A stretch of DNA of 64,000 nucleotides from Octopus sinensis. Taxonomy: Eukaryota. The position numbers were made by a program, and so were the translations under genes. The notes beneath the pieces are model-generated. The model was not told where the DNA came from. It made no database searches and saw nothing but the letters and a program-made list of their open reading frames with translations. Positions within the stretch are counted from its first letter, which is position 1; each line of letters starts with the position of its first letter. The stretch spans positions 56,668,001 to 56,732,000 of the forward strand of contig NC_043008.1 in assembly GCF_006345805.1 (NCBI RefSeq). Direction: 5' to 3'. Positions 53,298 through 64,000 of this stretch are shown piece by piece.

Positions 53298-53452
53298 CAT
53301 CATCATCTTCATCATCATCATCATCACTATTATTATTATTATTATTATTATTATTATCATCATCATCATTATCATCTTCATCATCATCATCATCATCATC
53401 ATTATTATTATTATTATTATTATCATCATCATCATCATCTTCATCATCTTCA

Positions 53453-53496
<44 letters not shown>

Positions 53497-53614
53497 TATT
53501 ATTATTATTATCATCATCATCTTCATCATCATCATCATCACTATTATTATTATTATTATTATTATTATTATCATCATCATCATCATTATCATCTTCATCA
53601 TCATCATCATCATC

Positions 53615-53646
<32 letters not shown>

Positions 53647-53861
53647 CATCATCATCATCTTCATCATCTTCATCATTATTATTATTATTATTATTATTAT
53701 CATCATCATCATCATCATCATCTTCATCATCATCATCATCACTATTATTATTATTATTATTATTATTATTATCATCATCATCATCATTATCATCTTCATC
53801 ATCATCATCATCATCATCATTATTATTATTATTATCATCATCATCATCTTCATCATCTTCA

Positions 53862-53901
<40 letters not shown>

Positions 53902-53937
53902 CATCATCATCATCATCTTCATCATCATCATCATCAC

Positions 53938-53988
<51 letters not shown>

Positions 53989-54029
53989 CATCATCATCAT
54001 CATTATCACCTTCATCATCATCATCATCA

Positions 54030-54060
<31 letters not shown>

Positions 54061-54089
54061 CATCATCATCATCATCTTCATCATCTTCA

Positions 54090-54128
<39 letters not shown>
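53238..54128. repeat. Compound (ATT)n/(ATC)n trinucleotide array with about 200-bp higher-order period
   Basis: Alternating ATT and ATC blocks with recurrent CTT and CACT variants. Confidence 0.9.
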
Positions 54129-54129
<1 letters not shown>

Positions 54130-54687
54130 AGAATATTATGGCATATTCCTGTCATAGAATGGCAAAGTTACAACACATTAGAAGGTGATAATTCATAGAG
54201 GCTGGTGTGTAAAGGAAATTCGTGCAGGTATTATTGTTAAACACCGTCAGTGAAATGACTTATCACTTCCCAGTGACGACACTATCTTTCAATGAAATGA
54301 GGAAACTGAAGATTTGGAACAAAATATAATCAGAACGTAGAGAATATATTCACTCCAGGTATCTTGAAATGATGGAAACAAGGAGCTAAAACTTCATATT
54401 GGGAATCACAAACGCCTTGCCGTATATAATACAAAGGCATATGGTACACAAATGAAACAACGTTTACATAATATAACCTATACGTCATTTTTAAATAAAT
54501 CAAATGAATTAATTTTTGGAATTATTGGAAATTATATCAAAAAATTAAGGCAAAATCTCTTGTAGAAAGCTCAAACCAGTTATCCTACACCAAATTAGTA
54601 ATGAGTGATGTGTGACAATTTATAGGATAAAAAAAAATATAAATGTAAGAGATTTTAGAGAAATTTAAATGACTAATATTAATCTAA

Positions 54688-54732
<45 letters not shown>

Positions 54733-54898
54733 TAATAATAACATGAACTTCCAACTTGTTGTCTCTTGAGGTCTCTGGGTGAGACTTGGAGTCAGCTTGT
54801 ACAAATGTAAAGCAAACGTCAAACATAAAATAATAATAATAATAATAATAGCAGTAGTAGTAACAATAATAATAATAATAGTAGTAGTAGTAGTAGTA

Positions 54899-54937
<39 letters not shown>

Positions 54938-55025
54938 TAGTAATAATAATAATAGTAATAATAATAATAGTAATAATAATAATAATAATAATAATTATTA
55001 TTATTATTATTATTATTATTATAAC

Positions 55026-55065
<40 letters not shown>

Positions 55066-55099
55066 CTTTCAAACATTGGCACAAGGTGAGCAATGTCGT

Positions 55100-55580
55100 T
55101 ATACATTTTAATCGGTGTGCTAAGAATTCTGTTAGCAATGCTTCTGTGTGGCCATCAAATTAAATATTGAAAACCTGACATTGCAGTAGTTAACAGAAAA
55201 GAAAAAATACTAAAAAGTGACAAAACATGTCATGGTATCAACAGAATTGAAGAGAAAGAAGAAAGGTGAACAATTATGATGAATTGAGGTGGGAATTACG
55301 CAGGTTGTGGGCAATGAAGAAAGTGGGCGTGATAGCAATAGTGGTTGGTGCACTCGGATGTATCAGCACTCAACTACCAACGCAGCTCAAACAGATTGGA
55401 ATGAATGTAAAGAGAGAACACCTACAAAAACCATCACTGTTTTGAACTGCAAGTAGTTCTCCACATGATTCTTGAAGCATAATCAGTAAGCAAGTGCTAC
55501 CTTAGTCTGCTGGCTGTAAAACACCTCACACTTTCCATCATGCTCAGCAAAATAAACCTGAGATTTTTCATGATATATTA
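55100..55580 (+). mobile_element. RLE-bearing non-LTR retrotransposon (R4/NeSL-like) 3' fragment
   Basis: Broken frame KPDIAVVNRKEK...E.K...Y.ELRWEL.RLW.MKKV.VI.IVVGALG...HLQK. Ends in (AAC)n and is preceded by (AAT)n. Confidence 0.7.
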
Positions 55581-55959
55581 ACAACAACAACAACAACAAC
55601 AACAATGATGATGATGATGACAATGACTACGACGACGACAACAATAACAACAACAACAACAACAACAACAACAATAATAATAATGATAATGATAAGAAGA
55701 AGAAGAAGAAGAAGAGAAAAAGAAGAAGAGGAAGAAAAAGAAGAGGAAGAAGACGAAGAAGAAGAAGAAGAAGAAGAAGAAGAAGAAGAAGAAGAAGAAG
55801 AAGAAGAAGAAGAAGAAGAAGAAGAAGAAGAAGAAGAAGAATATTAGATCCTTTTTTTGACACTCGGACTATGAGCGAAAAGGAGGATGTTACAAACACG
55901 CACATTGGGTGTGATTACACAGAACGGACTGATTAAAACAAAAGTAAATATGGTATAGT

Positions 55960-56120
55960 CGCAGGCGTAGCCGTGTGAAAAGAAGCTTCTCTTCCAACCA
56001 CATGTTACTAGGTTCAGTTCCACTGCGTGGCACATTGGGTATTGTTTTCTCCTATAGCCTCGGGCCAATCAGTACCATGTGAGTGGATTTGGTAGACAAA
56101 AACTTAAAGAAGCTTGTCGT
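55960..56120 (+). mobile_element. SINE family 1 5' half (diverged)
   Basis: AACCACATG..GGTTCAGTTCCACTGCGTGGCAC..CTATAGCCTCGGGCC..GTGAGTGGATTTGGTAGAC. Confidence 0.75.
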
Positions 56121-57526
56121 ATGTGTGTATGTGTGTGTTTTTCACCACTATCCTAATTTTTTCCAATCCTTTTACCTCTTAAACTGCATACAATGCATAT
56201 TTGTATTGGTTACTTTTGTTAATACTGTTTATTTTTCTTTTATATTTTCTTTGATTCATTCATTAGACAGTATCCATGCTGGGAAACCGCCTTGAAGAAT
56301 TTTTAGTTGAATAAAAAAAAATATTTATAAAACGGTGAAAATGAATGAGAATGAGAATGAGAATATTTTAATTGTTTTATTTATTAGATTGCCGTCATGC
56401 TGGAGCACTACTTTGTAGAGTTAGTCGTACGAATCGACCAGATGTTCAATCTGAGAGTTAATTTAGCGGGATTCTTTTGACGAAACGCTAGCTTTAGGGG
56501 GCGCAAAAAAAAACACCATCGGATTATGAACACTTAGACTGTCAAACAAAGAAATACAAACACAAAACAACACTCACCCACATATACATACTTGTATGTA
56601 TGCATATATATATATGAGAATTAAACAAATGAATGTATCTAATTTTTTAAAAAAAACTGAATTTTAACTAGGAACGTAAACCCGGAATAAATGTCCCTAA
56701 ACATTTTTTCCGGTGTATTACCAAATTTACAAGGTTGTAAAGACGGATTGTAAAAAGGTTGTAAAAACTCACCGTGCAATTGATGTAATACGAACGTAAA
56801 TGAGCATCGCTATACTGGATGAAACATATTGTGAAGATGCTCCCCCCATTCTTACCAAACCGATATTTTATTGACTTCCACATATCTTATTTCTTGGTTA
56901 ACTTCTTGGTTAACAAAATTATTTCAGAGTTTCCCCACGAATTTCTTTATGAACTAATGGTCGTATCTTTTAAAGACATTGCCTATGTTTTCTCTCCGGT
57001 CCTCTCTTTTGTTTTTTTGTTTGTTTTTTCTCTTTGATGATTGATTAGGTTTTGTTAGGTGTTTTTCATTTTTCTACAGGTGTTCTCCATATAACTTCTT
57101 TTACTCACAATTATTTGAGTCAACTAATTAAAATTTTATGTGTTACAGCAGCGTTAACGTCTTCATAAATTCATTCATCACAAACATCTCTCCAAGCTTT
57201 GCATATTCTAATTACCATAATTCACTAATTTTGGCATTGAACCGTGCAGAATTTTTATGCTACGTTCACTGAAGAATATTATAATCCCCTTCATCTATAT
57301 GAAAATATATTGCGGTATGCATGGTGTGAAAATCAATATTCTTAAGACTTCAAGACATTTTAGGATGTTAAAGATATATTTTCATATTTTCTTTTAGTGA
57401 AGGAGCGTGGCCTATTGGTTAAAGAGTCAGTTTCAAGGTCAAAGGTTTGATTCTGAGACCGCTGGTTAATTGTGTCCTTGCGTAAGGCACTATATTTCAG
57501 GTCGCTCTAGTGTAATCCTAGACAGA

Positions 57527-57842
57527 TTATGTTTGTTCCTTGTTTGTTTCTTCTCTAGCCATACCTGGCTCATAAGAGCCGGTTTCCCGGTTTCCTTGGC
57601 GTATAGGTTCTCCACCTAGACGGGACGCCGGTCCATCACAGGTGAGCTGCAAGATGGAAGAGGAAAGAGTGAGAGAAATTTGTGGCGAAAGAGTCAGCAG
57701 AAGTTCGCCATAATCTTCTGCCGGAGCCGCGTGGAGCTTAGGTGTTCCGCTCATAAACACACACATCTCCCGGTCTGAGATTCAAACGCGCAATCCCTCG
57801 ACCGTGAGTCTGCTGCTCTAACCACTAGGACATGTGCCTCCA
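57527..57842 (-). mobile_element. SINE family 2 copy (alternative tail)
   Basis: Reverse complement aligns with 32256-32537. Confidence 0.8.
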
Positions 57843-59007
57843 TATGGCCTAGTAATAATAAATTATGGTCCTTTACGCAGAATGCATTGCTATTTATCTT
57901 TTCTCGCTATCACCACCTGCAGTAGAATGCGCAATAAACAAGATATAGTTGCCTCTAAAGTGTGAATCTATGTTATTGGACATACTTCATGTTAGTTTTA
58001 TCTGACATATTCCTCGGTGCCGACTTATGGTATGTTGAAAGTGAGTATTAATTTTGGAGCTCTTCTTCTAGAATGATTGCTTTCACTGCAGCTAAGGAGT
58101 TCAATCTACCCTTGAAAAATTTTATTTAATCCATAGATGGGGGCCTCACATTCTAGGTTAAAATCGACCTGACAGTAATGGTGATTAAGGGCTGACTCCA
58201 TGCCCCGAACAAGTCCTGAGCCTTACCACTAGATGCAGGTTAATATCGCCCCAAATACATAGAATTCAAGTTAAAATATTTTAATTATTATATTTATTAG
58301 ACTGCCGTCATGCTGGAGGACCACTTTGTAGAGTTAGTCGTGCGAATCGACCAGAGTATTATGTTCAATCTGAGAGTTAATTTATCGGGAAGCTTTTGCC
58401 GAGACGCTAGCTTTAAGGGGCGCAAAAAAATACATCATCGGATTATGAACACGTAGACTATCAAACAAAGAAATACAAACACAAAACAACACTCACCCAT
58501 ATATACATACCTGTATATATATATATATATATATATACATGTGTATACGTCTGTATAAATGTGCGCATGCATATGTATGTAAGTATGTATATCTGTATGA
58601 TTGAATGTATGCATGTATATGACGGGTATTAAATTCACAAGGCATTATTAGGCCCGGGGCGCCTCAACAGAAAGCAACTCGAAATCAAGTAGTTACGATC
58701 ATTTAAAACAATCTTCACAATATCAACAAGAAACCACTGTCGCCCAAAAATATCATAATTGAGAGAAGCCTAAATTTTGAACATCGAAGAAAATATCGCA
58801 CGAATGAATAAACTGATAAAATAAGAAAATGTTAAGTAGAAAATCAAAAGAATGGTTGAGAGAGCTAACAATGGCACTTGAATGAAGTATCAAAAGTACA
58901 TAGCCGTATGATGAACTGGCGAAGGCATGGCTGTCTGGTTAAGAAGTACCGCATTGTGGCTAACTGGATTTCGGTTCAATAGTTTGACTACTATATATAA
59001 GTTATAT

Positions 59008-59295
59008 GGAGGCGCAATGGCCCAGTGGTTAGGGCAGCGGACTCGCGGTCGTAGGATCGCGGTTTCGATTTCCAGACTGGGCGCTGTGAGTGTTTATTGA
59101 GCGGAAACACCTAAAGGGTGGTGGCGATTCCTGCTGTACTCTTTCGACACAACTTTCTCTCACTCTTTCTTCTGTTGGCCTGCTCGCCTAGACAGCGGAG
59201 TGGCGTCATTTGAAGGCTAAAACAATGCGAAGCGCATTGTGACCAGCGATGTGTAGCAACATCTGATAGCCTGGTCAGTCACGGTGATCACGATG
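59008..59295 (+). mobile_element. SINE family 2 copy with 12-bp target-site duplication
   Basis: ATATAAGTTATA at 58995-59006 and 59296-59307. Confidence 0.85.
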
Positions 59296-59434
59296 ATATA
59301 AGTTATAGGCTACAGTAAATGTCACTCGGTCAAGGCCAGTGAAGATTTACTCAGACCCATGTGGTTGAGAAGCAAGCTTCTTAAAATATAGTAGAAAATC
59401 AAAAGAATGGTTGAGAGAGCTAACCATTCGGAAT

Positions 59435-59477
<43 letters not shown>

Positions 59478-59597
59478 ATTTAGAGAAAACCACTATTAAA
59501 CAATTATATATATATATATATATATCAAAGAAAAGGAAAATGGAGATTTGGAAGTTAATAATTGTGTGTGTGTATATATATGTATATAAATATATAT

Positions 59598-59633
<36 letters not shown>

Positions 59634-61752
59634 ATTATTTATTATTGATTGGGGCTATTTCTCTATGGTGGCAATGGTATATTTACAAAGATATCAGTCA
59701 AATGACAAGTAACATTGTAATGAGTACAAAACAATAAAATCATACAAGAAATCTATTAATATTGGCTTCGAATTTTAGCACAAAGCCAGTGATTTCGGAG
59801 TAGAGAGTAACTCGATTATCTCGACCCCAGTCATCGAATGGTACTTATTTTATCGCCCTTCCAAAGGATGAAATGTAAATTCGTTCTTGTCGCAAATTTG
59901 CACAAAGGACATGAAGCGAAGACGGGCGAAATGCCGCTAAATATTTTGCCCGACATGCTGACGATTCTGCCAGCTCAACTCAATGAGAAAGAAATACATT
60001 AATATCGAAATCAGAATAGTACGATTATTATTATATGTTCGTTGTGTTCAAGGCGGCGAGCTGGCAAGAATCCTTAGCGCGCCGGTTTAAATGCCCAGCG
60101 GCATTTTCGTCTGTCTGCAAGTTCAAACTTCAAATTCCGCCAAATTGAAATTTATTACCCTTGTGGGTAATAAAGAAATAGGTACTTATTTCGTCGATGC
60201 CAAGAGGATTGAAAGCAAAACCAATTGAAATCATCATCATCACCATCACCATCACCACCATCATCATCATCATCATCATCACCATCATCATCACTATCAT
60301 CATCATCATGACCACCGCCCCCCCCACCATAATTACCATCATGACGTATCGTCCGCACCCAGTAGATTGAAAATCATGGATCGCCACTTCAGTCTTCCTT
60401 ATTGTGTACTTATCCTATTTCGATGGTGGTGGTGGTGGTGCTAGTAATGGTTGCCTTAGCGGGTATAATCCCCCCAAATTGGAATAACCTCCTCCACCGC
60501 CCTGTGTTTCTATTGTTTATTCCTTTGTTTATTTATTTTATTTATTTGTCTCATTACTGGTACTATCAGTATCTCAGTCACAGCTTCTGGAAGATGTTAT
60601 TCGTTTACTTTTTTTTCAAGTTGCAAACTTTTAAATCTGTTTTCTAAATATCCAATAATTGATACTATCCATCAAATTAATTCTTGCTTTTTCCACCTTC
60701 ATTTACGCATTCTGTTAACAATTATCTGCTAAAACAATATTTTCATTAAGTGTCCAAAATATCTTAGTTTTCTATTATATATGATGTGGAATAGGATTTT
60801 GTGGGTATAGTGTTTCTTTAAGAAACACCAAATTTCTAAATCTCCCGTAGAGACATGTACGGTGGTGGGGCGATAGAATGGTTGTATACTGTCAATCTAA
60901 CACGAACGTGACATGATGATGATGATAGTGATGATGATGGTGATGATGATGATGATGATGATGGTGGTGATGGTGATGGTGATGATGATGATGATTATGA
61001 TGATGATGATGATGATGATGACCAAGAGGATGAGGAAGTGGAGAAAGAGGAGAATAATGATGGAAGATGGTCATGATTACGTTTATGAAGATGACGATGA
61101 CGACGACAACGACAATGGTAATGATTATCTCCAAACCAAATGTCTATCACAAGGCAATGTTGTTTTCATTTTGCATTGAATCAATTCAAAATAAGCTATA
61201 AACATGAATTGATTGTTTTACGACTATCTACAAAGCTTGTTATACAAGAAATATCTCAATTGTGTATCTACACAAGGCATCGATTGATGAATGCACAGCA
61301 TAATTCCTGACTACAGTCCATTTGCTTTTCTTTTGTTTTCAGTCAAATATATTGCATTACATAAAAACCAAAACATGGATGCATAAGCGTGTGCACATAC
61401 ATGTGCATACCAATCTATAGACATATACCTATTTCTTTATTACCCACAAGGGGCTAAACATATAGTGGACAAACAAGGACAGACATAGGTATTAAGTCGA
61501 TTACATCGACCCCAGTGCGTAACTGGTACTTATTTAATCGACCCCGAAAGGATGAAAGGCAAAGTTGACCTCGGAGGAATTTGAACTCAGAACGCAACGT
61601 CAGACGAAATACGGCTACGCATTTCGCCCGGCGTGCTAACGGTTCTGCCAGTTCACCACCTTTATATTTATAGACATATACACTTACCTACCTATTTATC
61701 TATATACCTACCTACCTGTCTACCTACCTACCTGCATACATACATACATACA

Positions 61753-61780
<28 letters not shown>

Positions 61781-61783
<3 letters not shown>

Positions 61784-62378
61784 TTCTTTATTGCCCACAA
61801 GAAGCTAAACATAGAGGGGACAGACAAGGATAGACAAACGGATTAAGTCGATTAGATCGACCCCAGTGCCTAACTGGTACTTTATTTATCGACCCCGAAA
61901 GGATGAAGGGCAAAGTCGACCTCGGCGGAATTTGAACTCAGAACGTAACGGCAAACGAAATACCTATTTCTTTACTACCCACAAGGAGCTAAACACAGAG
62001 AGGACAAAGAAGGACAGATAAACAGGTGAATTCGATTATATCGACCCCCAGAGCGTAACTGGTACTTATTTAATCGACCCCGAAAGGATGAAAGGCAAAG
62101 TCGACCTCGGCGGAATTTGAACTCAGAACGTAACGGCAAACGAAATACCTATTTCTTTATTACCCACAAGGAGCTAAACACAGAGAGGACAAACAAGGAC
62201 AGACAAACGGGTGAAGTCGATTATATCGACCCCAGTGCGTAACTGGTAGTTATTTAATCGACCCCGAAAGGATGAAAGGCAAAGTCGACCTCGACGGAAT
62301 TTGAACTCAGAACGTAATGGCAGACGAAATACCACTAAGCATTTTTCCCGGCGCGCTAACGTTTCTGCCAGCTCGCCG
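61781..62378 (-). repeat. Second tandem array of family 3 bodies (184-185-bp period) with a single head
   Basis: CTGGTA anchors at 61874, 62059 and 62243. The same junction occurs twice. Confidence 0.9.
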
Positions 62379-63728
62379 ACATGCATACATGATGTCTGCA
62401 AACACGTGTTCGAGTATTGCCATCACCTGATCGAAACTCCCACACATGGGAAAGCTATGACCAGCCATTTTTATGATACATCGTACATTTTTTCAAGCTA
62501 TGTCTGTGCATGATGATTTATTTATAGTGGGAAAAGGATTTTCACAAATCCATTCCCATTTTCGTAACATGGACAATATAAACTCGAAGGAAGTACTAGT
62601 CTACAGCATCGAATTTTGTCAGTGTCACAGGGTTCCTCTCAGAGTGTCCCTCTCCTAGAGAGATGTTGTGACAACAACAGTAGGACCTCCCATTTTCTGG
62701 ACACTAACCCAGGTATTTCCACGTCTCCGCGAACACATACATGCATACATACACACGAGCTCTTCCGCCCTACGTCAGGTCTTAGTTTTCGTCCTGCAGG
62801 TCGTCCAACAATCACCTTCCTCACCAAGCAAACTTGATGGGGTTGCCAGTTTGTTCGACCATGCAACAGGTTTTACTGGTTACATGTTACCAATAGCACC
62901 AAAGAGCAATCTGACATACATACATACATACGTACGAACGTACGTACGTACGTACATACATGCGTTGGTATATTTATATGACCTGAATATAGCTGTTCGT
63001 CAAAAGATTTCACTAGAATAGATATCAAAACTAAAATAATAAGCATCGCAGTAGGTTTGATCAAACTGATCTCCTCACCGACTCCCCCCGGGCACAGTGA
63101 ATGGACTGAACCACAAATACATATATCTATTTATTTTCATACCGGAAAAAAATTGAGTTTACATTATGTTTAAAATATAGAATTTAGGCAATAATTGGGA
63201 GAAACAAAACACCACCGACTAAACCCACACCATCGAATTATATCGAACAGCTCAATATATAATTCGAATTCAACGGTATTTTGTAATTATCTAACACATT
63301 GCTTTAAAAAAAATATGGTGTGTATTTGATTTACAACTAAACAGATTCTCTTAAATAATATAAATCTTTTGCATGAATTGATTTTCGTTTTATTTATTTC
63401 ATCGATCGGTTAATGATTTTATATTTATCGTTGAAAATTCTATACAGGTTTGTATTGATTTTGAATAAAGTGAGCTATTGAGAAGTAGAGTTTTGTGTTT
63501 TTCTGTTGTGTTTTGTGTTGCGTTGTTTTGCGAAATATCGCAGCTGATATATATCCGTACGGTAATTAATATCCATAACCTAATTGAGTTTTTTAAAAAT
63601 ATTTATATTACATCGAGATGGTATGTATGTATGTGTGTCTGTGTTTATATATGTATTTATGTATGTATAAGTATATATATATATATATACATACATACAT
63701 GCATACTTATGTACATATGTATACTTAA

Positions 63729-63806
<78 letters not shown>

Positions 63807-63906
63807 ATGTGCGTGTGTATACAGTTATATACATGCATACATATATATATATATATGCATATATACATACATATACCTATGTATATGTAAATATAGATAT
63901 ATATGC

Positions 63907-63968
<62 letters not shown>

Positions 63969-64000
63969 ATGCATATATAAGCATATATATATATATATAG

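Noticed and set aside
52792-54093. 433-aa minus-strand ORF (poly M/I then N/D)
   Set aside because: It is the translation of the ATT/ATC repeat array and neighbouring CA/TA microsatellites; no domain content.

Overview
AT-rich, microsatellite-dense animal genomic DNA; the SINE/LINE repertoire points to a coleoid cephalopod, most likely Octopus (inference). The only supportable host gene is the 3' part of a class C GPCR (metabotropic glutamate receptor family) on the minus strand. Five coding exons join in frame through GT-AG introns: 33853-33748, 18897-18758, 11512-11181, 5135-4351 and 674-511. They encode the end of the Venus flytrap domain, the Cys-rich domain, the 7TM and the C-tail (508 aa + stop). 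The first and last of these are absent from the ORF track. I could not find the upstream exons; they lie beyond 64 kb or in the N gap at 45380-45479. The introns carry tRNA-derived SINEs, RTE, CR1/L2 and RLE-type LINE 3' fragments, a MITE and many microsatellites; most ORF-track entries are microsatellite artefacts. The most notable hidden layer is five unrelated repeat families that each carry a minimal type I hammerhead-ribozyme fold. Two are linked to Penelope-like GIY-YIG C-terminal remnants, most occur as inverted pairs, one has a U3-A8 compensated core, one intact copy is sense to the pre-mRNA, and one is fused to a tRNA-derived head. All folds and alignments were made by eye and need computational and experimental confirmation.
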